From assembly GCA_963833365.1 (NCBI GenBank), contig CAWHXS010000012.1, forward strand, positions 56,402 through 120,401: DNA of 64,000 nt, in the 5' to 3' direction. Position numbers and translations under genes: made by a program. Source of the stretch: an uncultured Gemmatimonadales bacterium. GTDB lineage: Bacteria; Gemmatimonadota; Gemmatimonadetes; Gemmatimonadales; GWC2-71-9. The notes beneath the pieces are model-generated. The model did no database searches. It was not told the origin of the DNA and saw only the letters and a program-made list of their open reading frames with translations. Below, in pieces: positions 1-8,606 of the stretch; the stretch's first letter is position 1, and the number at the start of each line of letters is the position of its first letter.

Positions 1-169
1 CGCGGAGCGCCTTGGCGGCGCGGAGCAGCACGAGATCCTGGAAGGAGAACCGGTAAGTGTTACGCGGACCCCGGGCCGGATGCAAAAAGCCCGCCCGAGC
101 GTACGCCCGAACCTGCGGGGGCGTGAGTGCGATCAGGCGGGCGACGTCGGCGGTGCTGTAGGATTTCAT
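1..169 (-). CDS. MerR-family HTH regulator, 5' part only (gene runs off the left edge)
   Basis: Absent from the ORF track because there is no in-window stop. Reverse-strand translation from ATG 167-169 reads MKSYSTADVARLIALTPPQVRAYARAGFLHPARGPRNTYRFSFQDLVLLRAAKALR, which fits the MerR N-terminal HTH-wing pattern. Confidence 0.6.
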   Translation of the reverse strand, partial: MKSYSTADVARLIALTPPQVRAYARAGFLHPARGPRNTYRFSFQDLVLLRAAKALR

Positions 170-185
170 GGGGGAGCCGAGCGCG

Positions 186-306
186 GTCGATGGTCAATGG
201 TCAATGGTCCTTCGTCGCTCAGCGCGTCGACCTCCCTGGTCTCTAGTGACGATCGCTTCGATTTCTCTGCATTCGACTATCGACTATTGACTATCGACCA
301 TCGACT
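186..306. repeat. Inverted pair of heptamer tandem arrays
   Basis: Arm 1 at 186-210 is GTCGATG GTCAATG GTCAATG GTCC. Arm 2 at 274-306 is CGACTAT CGACTAT TGACTAT CGACCAT CGACT. The arm 2 units are reverse complements (rotated) of arm 1, with a ~63-nt spacer. Lies between the Ku stop and the MerR start. Confidence 0.75.
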
Positions 307-318
307 GGCACTCGCCGA

Positions 319-1177
319 CTATCCCCTGGCAGCCTTCTTCACTCGCTTCTCCTTGCCACCCTTCACGACCTTCATCGCCGGCGCCTTTCCGGCAGGGGCC
401 TTGCCCGACTTGGAGAGGCTCGCCTTCAGCGCCTCCATCAGGTCGATGATCTTGGTTTCCTGCGCCTGTGGCTCGTCGGCCACGATCTCCTGGCCGTCCA
501 CCTTGGCCTGAATCGCCTCAAGGACCCGGTCTTTCACCGTGTCGTGATACTGGGCCGGCTTGAACTCGTCGGTGGCGGACTGGTCGATCAGTTGCTTCGC
601 CAGCTGCAGCTCCGCGTCCTTGACCTGCGTGTCGGGGATCGGCACTTCGCTCACCGGGCGGAGCTCATCGGCATAGTGCAGCTGCTCCAGCACCAGCGCT
701 CCCTCCAGGGGACGCACCAGGATCAGGTTCTGCTTGCCGCGTGCGGAATACTGACCCACGCGCCGCTCGCCCGCTCACCTTCAGGGCCTCGAGCAGCAAG
801 CGGTAGGCGCGTTCACCGCCCTTGTCGGGCCCGAGGTAGTAGGCCTTCTCGAGGTAGATCCGGTCCACCTTCGCCAGCGGCACGAACTCCTTGATGTCGA
901 TGGTGTTGGTGGCCTTCTCGTCGAGGGCCTTCAGTTCTTCGGGGGAGAACAACACGTACTGTCCCTTGGAGAACTCGTAGCCCTTGGCGATCTCGTCCTT
1001 CTCGACCACCACGTTGTCCTTGGGGCAGATATACTGCTGTTTGAGCCGAGTCCCGCAGCTCTTGTGCAGCATGTTGAACGAGACGCTGGCCGCGGACTCG
1101 CTCGAGGAGTACATGACGACGGGCACGGAGACGAGCCCGAAGGAGATTGTTGCGGAACCCATGGTGCGTGCAGCCAT
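319..1177 (-). pseudogene. ku: Ku (NHEJ DNA end-binding protein), one frameshift near 750-780
   Basis: The N-terminal ORF (665..1186) has the Ku core MAARTMGSATISFGLVSVPVVMY...YYLGPDKGGERAYRLLLEAL. The sequence continues in another frame (319..759) as GQYSARGKQNLILVRPLEGALVLEQLHYADELR, ending in a Lys-rich tail. The likely start is ATG 1175-1177 rather than the track start TTG 1186. Confidence 0.85.
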
Positions 1178-1204
1178 ATTTCCCAAACGGACGGAGGAAA
1201 GCGT

Positions 1205-1233
1205 ACTATAGGATTGCGAATATGAAGTTGCAA
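1205..1233 (-). promoter_or_regulatory. Candidate sigma70-type promoter for ku
   Basis: On the minus strand: TTGCAA (1228-1233), a 17-nt spacer, then TATAGT (1205-1210). It sits about 28 nt upstream of the ku ATG. Recognised by eye only. Confidence 0.4.
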
Positions 1234-1238
1234 GTCAC

Positions 1239-1322
1239 GGGAGACGGGAGACGGGAGACGGGAGACGGGAGACGGGAGACAGGAGACGGGAGACGGGAGA
1301 CGGGAGACAGGAGATGGGAGAA
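1239..1322. repeat. (GGGAGAC)n heptamer tandem array, 12 units
   Basis: 84 nt of GGGAGAC with three variant units (two GGGAGACA-type and one GGAGATG). It starts 5 nt beyond the putative ku -35 box, in the ku/ligD divergent region. Confidence 0.9.
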
Positions 1323-1365
1323 CTAGACCAGTGATACGCGAAAGACATTGATCCGTTTCAATTGG

Positions 1366-1465
1366 CCGCCTCGTCCGCCTCGTCCGCCTCGTCCGCCTCG
1401 TCCGCCTCGTCCGTCCTGTTCGCCCCGACCGCCTTCCCGCCTTCCCGCCCTACCGCCCTCTTTAC
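1366..1465. repeat. (CCGCCTCGT)5 nonamer array decaying into CCGCCTTC-type 8-mers
   Basis: Five perfect 9-nt units at 1366-1411, followed by CCGTCCTGT, TCGCCCCGA, CCGCCTTC x2 and CCGCCCTA. The track ORF start at 1348 translates this as PPRPPRPPRP, which I regard as non-coding. Confidence 0.85.
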
Positions 1466-1497
1466 CTTTCCCCCGATTACCTGTCTTTTTTCTCACC

Positions 1498-4113
1498 ATG
1501 CCTGAGCATCCCCTCTCATCCTATCGGGCCAAGCGACGTCTCGAGGCCACCCCGGAGCCGGGAGGAACCGTTGCACCGGGTGGCGGGCATCTGTTCGTCG
1601 TGCACAAGCACGCGGCCCGTCGGCTTCACTTCGATCTCCGGCTCGAAATGGATGGAGTCCTCCGCTCCTGGGCCGTCCCCAAGGGCCCGTCCTACGATCC
1701 GAACGACAAGCGCCTGGCGGTGCACGTCGAGGATCACCCGGTGGAGTACGGGGACTTCGAAGGGATGATTCCGGAGGGCAACTACGGCGCTGGCGCGGTG
1801 ATCGTGTGGGACCGGGGTAGCTGGACTCCCGTCGGTGACCCCAACGAGGGCCTGGCGAAGGGGAAGCTCCTCTTCCGTCTCGATGGCCACAAGCTGCACG
1901 GAATGTGGACGCTCGTGAAGCTGAAGAAGGGTGAAAAAGAGTGGCTGTTGATCAAGGAACGCGATTCCTACGTAACCCCCGGTGGTCGCGAGGTGCCCGA
2001 AGGCTCGGTGCTTTCCGGCGTCACCGTCGAAGACATGAAGGCGAGGACCGATCTGGCAGCACCGGTGCTCAAGGCTCTCGAACGGGTGAAGGCGCTCAAG
2101 CGGGACGTCACGGCCGACAAAGTTGACTTGATGCTGGCGGAAGTTGCCGAGAAGCCGTTCTCCCGCGACGGCTGGCTGTTCGAGCTCAAGCTCGATGGAT
2201 ACCGGCTCCTGGCCGAACGGCGGAAGGGACACGTCGTTCTCCTCACCCGCAATCACAACGATGCCACCGTCACCTTCCCCGAGATCGCGAAGTCCGTGGC
2301 GGCGATGCCGTTCGATTCGCTGATCTTTGACGGCGAGGTGGTGGCGCTGGATCCGACCGGACGGCCGAGTTTCCAGGGCTTGCAACAACGGGGCAGGCTC
2401 CGGCGCCCGCTCGAGGTACAGCGTGCGGCGATCGAGCAACCGGTAGTCTACTTCGTCTTCGATCTCCTCGCCTTTGGCCCCTACGACCTGCGCCCGCTGC
2501 CGCTGGAGGCAAGAAAGGAAATCCTGAAACAGGTGGTGCCCGAGGTCGGCGCCATCCGTTACGTCGACCATATCGAGCGAGAAGGGGAGCAGGCTTTCGC
2601 CGAGGCCGAACGCATGGGCCTCGAGGGCCTTGTCGCAAAGAAGGCCGATGCCCCCTACAAAGGCGGCCGCTCGGCAAACTGGCTCAAGCTTCGCGCGGCC
2701 AAGAGCGACGATTTCGTCGTGGTCGGCTTCACCGCTCCCAAGGGATCGCGCGCCGGGCTGGGAGCCCTGCATCTCGCGCAGTATCTGGACGGAGAGCTGA
2801 CCTATTCCGGTCGCGCGGGCAGCGGGCTCACCGACAAGGATCTGACCGGAATTCGGGAGCACCTGGAGCAGAAGAAGCGGAAGACGCCGCCCTGCGAGAA
2901 GGTGCCCGCCGAAGCGAAGAAGGACTCAACCTGGGTTGAACCGGAATTGGTTTGCGAGGTGCGCTTCACCGAGTGGACCGGCGAAGGCTTGCTGCGTCAC
3001 CCGGTATTTCTCCGCTGGCGCGACGATAAGAAACCGGAGGATTGCATCGGCTCGGCGGCTCGGCGGCTCGGCGGCTCGGCGGGTGAGCCCGAGCCAGGCA
3101 ATACCACCGACAAGCCCTCAGCCAAGCGAGCCAAGCGAGCAACGAACCGCCGAACCGCCCAGTCGCCGAAGCCTGCCGCCGAGCCGCCGAGCCGTGGTGC
3201 CGCCGAGCCGCCGAGCCGCCGCTCTGTCCCCCTGCAGCTCACCAACCTGAAGAAAGTCTTCTGGCCGGTCGAGGGTTACACCAAAGGCGATCTAATCGAG
3301 TACTACCGCGGGATCTCGCCCTGGCTGCTCCCGTATCTGCGCGACAGGCCGGTGGTGCTGACCCGCTTTCCTGACGGGATCGAAGGGAAGTCGTTCTATC
3401 AGAAGGATGCGCCGGACTTCATCCCCGACTGGATTCGCACGGTCCCGATCTGGAGCGAGGATACCGGGCGGGACATCAAGTATTTCGTGTGCGATGACCT
3501 CGATTCACTGCTCTACATCGCGAACATGGGGGCGATCCCGCTGCATCTCTGGCTCAGCAGCGCGGGCTCGCTGGAGCGTCCTGACTGGTGTGTCATGGAT
3601 CTCGACCCCAAGGAGGCGCCCTTCAGCGACGTGATCAAGGTCGCTCGGCTCCTACATGAGCGGTGTGAAACGGCAGGCTTGCCCAACTACGTGAAGACGA
3701 CAGGGAAGACCGGCCTGCACGTGATGATTCCCTTAGGCAAGCAACTCACCTGGGAGATGTCTCGAGGTCTCGGGGAACTGCTCGCGCGAGTCGTGATGCG
3801 GGAACTGGGAGACATCACCACCATCATCCGGCACATCCGGAGTCGAGGGACCAAGGTCTATCTCGACTACATGCAGAACCGTCACGGGCAGCTGATTGTG
3901 GCGCCCTACGCGGTTCGGCCTTTGCCCGGGGCAACGGTCTCGATGCCGCTGGAGTGGAAGGAGGTCAACAACAAACTCGATCCCACGAAGTTCACTATCC
4001 GGACAGCCATCGAGCGAATGCAGAAGCTGGGTCACGACCCGGTGGCACCAGTGCTGACTGAAGTTCCGGATCTGGGGGAGGCGTTGGAGAAGCTGTCGGG
4101 TGGGTCGGGCTGA
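1498..4113 (+). CDS. ligD: Multifunctional NHEJ ligase LigD (phosphoesterase - ATP-dependent ligase - polymerase/primase)
   Basis: PE domain: HLFVVHKHAARRLHFDLRLE. Ligase motif I: FELKLDGYRLLA. Pol domain: LTNLKKVFWP...KTTGKTGLHVMIPL. Start placed at ATG 1498 (MPEHPLSSYRAKR), downstream of the repeat-encoded extension. Confidence 0.9.
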   Translation: MPEHPLSSYRAKRRLEATPEPGGTVAPGGGHLFVVHKHAARRLHFDLRLEMDGVLRSWAVPKGPSYDPNDKRLAVHVEDHPVEYGDFEGMIPEGNYGAGAVIVWDRGSWTPVGDPNEGLAKGKLLFRLDGHKLHGMWTLVKLKKGEKEWLLIKERDSYVTPGGREVPEGSVLSGVTVEDMKARTDLAAPVLKALERVKALKRDVTADKVDLMLAEVAEKPFSRDGWLFELKLDGYRLLAERRKGHVVLLTRNHNDATVTFPEIAKSVAAMPFDSLIFDGEVVALDPTGRPSFQGLQQRGRLRRPLEVQRAAIEQPVVYFVFDLLAFGPYDLRPLPLEARKEILKQVVPEVGAIRYVDHIEREGEQAFAEAERMGLEGLVAKKADAPYKGGRSANWLKLRAAKSDDFVVVGFTAPKGSRAGLGALHLAQYLDGELTYSGRAGSGLTDKDLTGIREHLEQKKRKTPPCEKVPAEAKKDSTWVEPELVCEVRFTEWTGEGLLRHPVFLRWRDDKKPEDCIGSAARRLGGSAGEPEPGNTTDKPSAKRAKRATNRRTAQSPKPAAEPPSRGAAEPPSRRSVPLQLTNLKKVFWPVEGYTKGDLIEYYRGISPWLLPYLRDRPVVLTRFPDGIEGKSFYQKDAPDFIPDWIRTVPIWSEDTGRDIKYFVCDDLDSLLYIANMGAIPLHLWLSSAGSLERPDWCVMDLDPKEAPFSDVIKVARLLHERCETAGLPNYVKTTGKTGLHVMIPLGKQLTWEMSRGLGELLARVVMRELGDITTIIRHIRSRGTKVYLDYMQNRHGQLIVAPYAVRPLPGATVSMPLEWKEVNNKLDPTKFTIRTAIERMQKLGHDPVAPVLTEVPDLGEALEKLSGGSG
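3048..3223. repeat. Composite short-period repeat element inside the ligD Lig-Pol linker
   Basis: (CGGCTCGG)x4 at 3048-3079. (GCCAAGCGA)x2 at about 3121-3139. (GAACCGCC)x2 at 3144-3159. (CCGCCGAG)-type x6 at 3176-3223, which is the reverse complement of the first array. Translated in frame as GSAARRLGGSAGEPEPG...AAEPPSRGAAEPPSRR. Confidence 0.8.
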
Positions 4114-4114
4114 A

Positions 4115-4253
4115 GTCGATGGTCGATGGTCGATGGTCGATGGTCGTGTGGGTCTTGAGTCTTGGGCCATGAGACCGCAACACTGCTGGTCCGCCCCGTC
4201 CGCCCCGTCCGCCCCGTCCGCCCCGTCCGCCTCGTCCGCCCTGTCCGCCCCGT
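4115..4253. repeat. Tandem arrays between the convergent ligD and sthA genes
   Basis: (GTCGATG)x4 at 4115-4142, GTCTTGA GTCTTGG at 4152-4165, and (CCGCCCCGT)x7 at 4191-4253 with two variant units. Confidence 0.9.
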
Positions 4254-4254
4254 C

Positions 4255-5655
4255 TCACACCGCCAACTTATTCGCCGCATTCAACGCCGCCACCTTGTAA
4301 CACTCGGCGAGCGTGGGATAGTTGAACACCGTTTCCATGAAGTAGTCGAGCCCGGCTCCCAGGCCGAGCACCGTCTGGCCGATGTGCAGGAGTTCCGTTG
4401 CCCCGGTTCCGATGATGTGCACGCCGAGGAGTCGGCGGTCTTCCCGGTGGAACAGCATCTTGAAGAAGCCGCTGTCGTCTCCCAGGATCTGGCCTCTCGC
4501 GATCTCCCGGTACCGGGCGATCCCAACCTCGTAGGGAATCTTCTGCCTGGTCAACTCCTGTTCCGTTTCGCCCACCATCGAGATTTCCGGAATGGAGTAG
4601 ATCCCGATCGGGAAGTGCTGCCGCATCTTTGAGACTGGGCTGCCCAGTGCGTAGCAGGAGGCAAGACGGCCCTGCTCGCTCGACGTTGCGGCGAGGCTGG
4701 GGTGGCCGATCACGTCACCTGCGGCGTAGATGTGGGGCACTGTGGTGCGGAACTGTTCGTCCACCTGCAGCCGCCCTCGTTCATCCGCTTTGAGGCCGGC
4801 CAAATGAAGGTCGAGCTGGACGGTGGCACCAATCCGTCCGACCGAGAACAGGGCCATCTCGGAAACGATGCGCTTCCCCGATTCCAGGTGGATGACCACT
4901 CGTTTCGGCGGTTCCTCGGAGACGTCCAGCCGGTCCACCGTCTCTCCGGGCCGAAAGATCAGATTTCGCCGCCGGAGTTGATGCAGCAACTCGTCCACGA
5001 TCTCCTCATCCAGGAATTCCAGCGGACGGCGGCGCTTGTCGACCAGCGTGACCCCCACGCCAAGCGCCGCGAAGATCGAGGCGTATTCGGTGCCGATGAC
5101 TCCGGCGCCCACCACGGTCAGGGTCTTGGGGATGCGGGGCAGGCGAACGATGTCGTCACTCGTGACGATCGATACCCCATCCGCGGCCATTCCGAGGGAG
5201 GGAGCCGGAACGGTCCCCACGGCGATGAGTATGTTCTTCGCCGTTACCTCCCTCCAGCTGTCTCCCGCGCGCACAACCAGCGTGTGAGGGTCCAGGAAAG
5301 AGGCGTGACCTACGATGACTTCCACCCCGTTGCGGCGGAGCTGGTGTTCGATCACCGCCGCCTCCTGGCTCACGACGTGCGCCACCCGTTCCAGCAGATG
5401 ATCGGCGTCGGGCGGGGTGTGGATCCCTCGGCGTCCCAGCACAGCACCATGGCCTGAGAAGGACAGGACCGCCTCGCGGATCGTCTTGCTGGGGATCGTG
5501 CCGGTATCGAGACACACTCCGCCTACCGAGCGGCATTTCTCGATGATCGCCACCCGGCTGCCCAGCTTGGCGGCCTGAACGGCGGCTCGCTGGCCGGCCG
5601 GCCCGCTGCCGATGCACACGAGGTCGAACTGGTAGGTCGGTTCCATGGGGGTCAC
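4255..5655 (-). CDS. sthA: Soluble pyridine nucleotide transhydrogenase (Si-specific)
   Basis: 466 aa. FAD-binding site FDLVCIGSGPAGQRAA, NAD-binding site TVVGAGVIGTEYASIF, and overall flavoprotein disulfide-reductase layout without the redox CxxxxC. GTG start. Confidence 0.85.
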   Translation of the reverse strand: MTPMEPTYQFDLVCIGSGPAGQRAAVQAAKLGSRVAIIEKCRSVGGVCLDTGTIPSKTIREAVLSFSGHGAVLGRRGIHTPPDADHLLERVAHVVSQEAAVIEHQLRRNGVEVIVGHASFLDPHTLVVRAGDSWREVTAKNILIAVGTVPAPSLGMAADGVSIVTSDDIVRLPRIPKTLTVVGAGVIGTEYASIFAALGVGVTLVDKRRRPLEFLDEEIVDELLHQLRRRNLIFRPGETVDRLDVSEEPPKRVVIHLESGKRIVSEMALFSVGRIGATVQLDLHLAGLKADERGRLQVDEQFRTTVPHIYAAGDVIGHPSLAATSSEQGRLASCYALGSPVSKMRQHFPIGIYSIPEISMVGETEQELTRQKIPYEVGIARYREIARGQILGDDSGFFKMLFHREDRRLLGVHIIGTGATELLHIGQTVLGLGAGLDYFMETVFNYPTLAECYKVAALNAANKLAV

Positions 5656-5766
5656 TTCTGGAGGTAACAGGGCTGCACCAGCCTCCGTCGTATCTTACTG
5701 CGGGAAGCCATTCACGTATAGAATGATGTGCTGGCAGATGTCCAAGAAGCACGCGCGGAGCTAACC

Positions 5767-6693
5767 ATGAATCAGACCGACCAGGAAACCATCGCTACTA
5801 TCGCCCTGCTCTCCGCCCTGGCGGACGGAACGCAGACCCCGGAAGAGAGCGCTCAACTCGCCGAGGTGTTCAAGCGACTCGGAATCACCCAGCTCGACGA
5901 AGAAGCCCGTCGCGCGAGCACCGGGAAGATTGATCTGCAGGAGCTCGCGGGACGTCTTTCCGGGGATGACGCCCGTAAGATGGCCTACGACACGGCTCTC
6001 GCAGTCGTCCATTCCGACGGCGCGGCCAATCCTCCGGAAATGGATTTCATCAACCAGTTGAGAGGATCCCTCGGGCTGAGCCTGTCCTCGGTGCGAGAAT
6101 CCGATCAGCAGGCCACCGCCCTGGCAGGGGCGGGAACCAAGCTTCCCGATGTTCAGGTCAGTACGGGCAAACCGCCTTCCGATGCGGTGCTCGACGATCT
6201 GATCCTGAAGCAGGCGATGTTGACCGGCGCCCTGGAAATCCTCCCCGACCGCCTGGCCAACGTCGCCATCCTGCCGCTTCAGCTCCGCCTGGTCTACATG
6301 ATCGGGCAGCATTTCGGCCAGAAACTCGATGCCAATCAGGTCAAGGATCTCGCCGCTACGCTGGGCCTCGGTGCCGCGGCTCAGGTGATGGAGAGTGTGG
6401 TTCGCAAAGTGCTCGGCGGGATCGCCGGCGGCATCCTGGGAGGCATGGTCGGCGGCGTTACCGGACTCGCGGCAGGGGCGGCGGTGTCATTCAGCTCGAC
6501 CTATGCGCTGGGCCATGTCGCCAAGCAGTACTATGCCCAGGGACGGAGACTCAGTGGGGAAGACCTGCGGAGGCTCTTCGCCCGGTTCCAGGATGAGGCC
6601 AAGGCGTTGTTCCCCAAGGTGCGGGATCAGGTCCAGTCCCAAGCCCGCAGTCTCAACCTCCAGCAGGTGCTCGCCAACCTGCAGGGCAAGTGA
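5767..6693 (+). CDS. TerB-like N-terminal domain protein with a Gly-rich C-terminal membrane-associated region
   Basis: Start at ATG 5767 (MNQTDQETIATIALLSALADG...). Two TerB/DUF533-like helical segments (ALAVVHSDGAANPPEMDFINQLR), then a GGIAGGILGGMVGGVTGLAAGAAV glycine zipper. Confidence 0.45.
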   Translation: MNQTDQETIATIALLSALADGTQTPEESAQLAEVFKRLGITQLDEEARRASTGKIDLQELAGRLSGDDARKMAYDTALAVVHSDGAANPPEMDFINQLRGSLGLSLSSVRESDQQATALAGAGTKLPDVQVSTGKPPSDAVLDDLILKQAMLTGALEILPDRLANVAILPLQLRLVYMIGQHFGQKLDANQVKDLAATLGLGAAAQVMESVVRKVLGGIAGGILGGMVGGVTGLAAGAAVSFSSTYALGHVAKQYYAQGRRLSGEDLRRLFARFQDEAKALFPKVRDQVQSQARSLNLQQVLANLQGK

Positions 6694-6757
6694 GTCCGCG
6701 CGAACCAGACCACCTCATGACGAGGCCCCGCGGTGCAGCGCGTCGCGAGGGGAACCC

Positions 6758-7297
6758 ATGACCGGAACGCTCAGGAAGTCTGTAACCAGCCGGCTCGTTT
6801 TCCCAGCCATTCTGCTCGCGGCCCTGATTTCGTGTCGGGCCCCCGCCGCCAAACCTGCTTCCGACTCTGAATCTGCGGCGATCAACCCGGTTCAGGTCGT
6901 GGACCAGTACATGGCGGCCTGGAACGCACACGATGCCGGCAAGGCCGCCAGCTACATGACGGATGATGTCGTCTACTACGACGCCACTGTTGGGGTTCCA
7001 CAGGTGAGCCGCGATTCCGCCCGGAAGAATGTGATCCAGGCCTTCATGACCGCGGCCCCCGACTGCAATTGGGTACGGGACTCGACACCTCCGATCGTGG
7101 GGCCCGACGGCGTCGCCTTCCAGTGGACCTTCACCGGCACCCACACCGGGCCCTTCGCAGACGGGACCAAGCCCACCGGTAAGAAGTTCTCCTTCAAGGG
7201 TGCCACCCTGATCCGGCTGCGGGGAGATCACATCGCCTACCAGGGCGACTACTACGACGCCTACGGCTTCCTGAAACAGTTGGGACTGGCCAACTGA
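6758..7297 (+). CDS. SnoaL-like (NTF2-fold, ester-cyclase family) secreted or lipoprotein
   Basis: Start at ATG 6758. Signal peptide with LLAALISC, then VVDQYMAAWNAHDAGKAASYMTDDVVYYD...FSFKGATLIRLRGDHIAYQGDYYD, typical of SnoaL-like proteins. Confidence 0.65.
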   Translation: MTGTLRKSVTSRLVFPAILLAALISCRAPAAKPASDSESAAINPVQVVDQYMAAWNAHDAGKAASYMTDDVVYYDATVGVPQVSRDSARKNVIQAFMTAAPDCNWVRDSTPPIVGPDGVAFQWTFTGTHTGPFADGTKPTGKKFSFKGATLIRLRGDHIAYQGDYYDAYGFLKQLGLAN

Positions 7298-7299
7298 CC

Positions 7300-8604
7300 A
7301 TGGGCGACTCTACCGACCGCAAGAACTTCCTCTTCGTCTCGCTGTCCGGCTTGATCGGCGACATCGCGTGGCAGGTGCTGAAGGAGGGCCACGGGGTGCG
7401 CTATTTCATCGAAGCCGAACGGGAGCGGGACATCGCCGACGGGTTCGTCCCCAAGTCCACCAACTGGGAGGCGGATCTGCCCTGGGCCGACGTGATCGTC
7501 TTCGACGACACGCTGGGGCAGGGAGCCAAGGCCCAGGCCCTGCGCGCCAAGGGAAAGCTCGTCGTCGGTGGTTCAGCGTACACCGACCGGCTGGAAGACG
7601 ACCGCTCCTTCGGCCAGGAGCAGCTGCGGGAGGTAGGCGTCGGCATCCTCCCTTACAAGGAGTTCGACAACTTCGCCGAGGCGATCGAGTTCGTGCGGGC
7701 TAATCCGGACCGCTATGTCATCAAGCCCAGTGGCGAAGCACAGAACGTGAAGCGCCGGCTCTTCGTGGGTGAGGACGACGATGGGGAAGACGTGATGCGG
7801 GTGCTCGAGGCCTACAGGAAGTCCTTCTCCGATGAGATCAAGATCTTCCAGCTCCAGCGCCGGGTGACCGGTGTGGAAGTCGCCGTTGGTGCCTTCTTCA
7901 ATGGCCAGCGGTTCGTGTACCCGATCAACGTCAACTTCGAGCATAAGAAGCTCTTCCCCGGGAACATCGGCCCTTCAACCGGCGAGATGGGGACGGCCAT
8001 GTTCTGGAGCGGCCCCAACAGGATCTTCAACAACACGCTCGCCAAGATGGAAAGCCGGCTGGCCGAGGAAGGATACGTCGGATATATCGACCTCAACTGC
8101 ATCGTGAACGGGAACGGGATTTACCCGCTGGAATTCACCTCCCGGTTCGGCTATCCGACGATCATGATCCAGCAAGAGGCGATGCTGACGCCGATCGGGG
8201 AATTTCTCTACGACCTCGCCCGGGGCGAGACGCCGAAACTCCGGGTGAAGAGCGGCTTCCAGATCGGGGTACGGATCGTGGTTTCGCCTTTCCCGTTCGA
8301 TGACGACGCCACATTCGAGTCGGTATCCAAGAACGCCGTAATCTTGTTCAAGAAGCCCGCCACCGAGGAGGTCCATATCGAGGACGTCCGCCAGGTGAAC
8401 GAGCAATGGGTGGTGACGGGAACGTCGGGCGTTGTGCTGGTGGTAGTCGGACTGGGTCCGACCATGCGGCAGGCCCAGTCCCATGCCTACAACCGGATCA
8501 AGAACATTCTCATCCCCGACATGTACTATCGCACCGACATCGGGGATCGCTGGTTCGAAGACCACGACAAACTGCACACTTGGGGATACCTGAGAGAAGC
8601 CTAG
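7300..8604 (+). CDS. PurD-like ATP-grasp ligase of unknown substrate
   Basis: 434 aa. [19 protein letters not shown] resembles the PurD motif DHKR..D.GPNTGGMG. The C-terminus [20 protein letters not shown] is PurD-like. The N-domain lacks the canonical GSGGREHA. Confidence 0.6.
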   Translation: MGDSTDRKNFLFVSLSGLIGDIAWQVLKEGHGVRYFIEAERERDIADGFVPKSTNWEADLPWADVIVFDDTLGQGAKAQALRAKGKLVVGGSAYTDRLEDDRSFGQEQLREVGVGILPYKEFDNFAEAIEFVRANPDRYVIKPSGEAQNVKRRLFVGEDDDGEDVMRVLEAYRKSFSDEIKIFQLQRRVTGVEVAVGAFFNGQRFVYPINVNFEHKKLFPGNIGPSTGEMGTAMFWSGPNRIFNNTLAKMESRLAEEGYVGYIDLNCIVNGNGIYPLEFTSRFGYPTIMIQQEAMLTPIGEFLYDLARGETPKLRVKSGFQIGVRIVVSPFPFDDDATFESVSKNAVILFKKPATEEVHIEDVRQVNEQWVVTGTSGVVLVVVGLGPTMRQAQSHAYNRIKNILIPDMYYRTDIGDRWFEDHDKLHTWGYLREA

Positions 8605-8606
8605 CC

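Noticed and set aside
1348-1497. N-terminal extension of the LigD ORF translating as PPRPPRPPRPPRP and similar
   Set aside because: It is simply the (CCGCCTCGT)n nonamer array read in frame. The conserved phosphoesterase domain begins right after ATG 1498, so the extension is most likely non-coding.
1516-2862. Long antisense or overlapping ORFs, for example 1516-2862(-), 11716-12723(-), 27138-28307(+), 34191-35597(-), 43351-44316(-), 45694-47187(-) and 10462-11712(-)
   Set aside because: Each lies opposite or out of frame to a gene with clear family motifs. Their products are Arg/Gly/Pro-rich and low in complexity. These are the usual shadow ORFs of high-GC DNA.
1239-4253. Tandem arrays interpreted as CRISPR, or as att/terminal repeats of a mobile element carrying ligD
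   Set aside because: The units are 7-9 nt with no spacers, so they are not CRISPR. No cas, integrase or transposase gene is present, and similar arrays occur at most gaps. They do not specifically delimit a mobile element.
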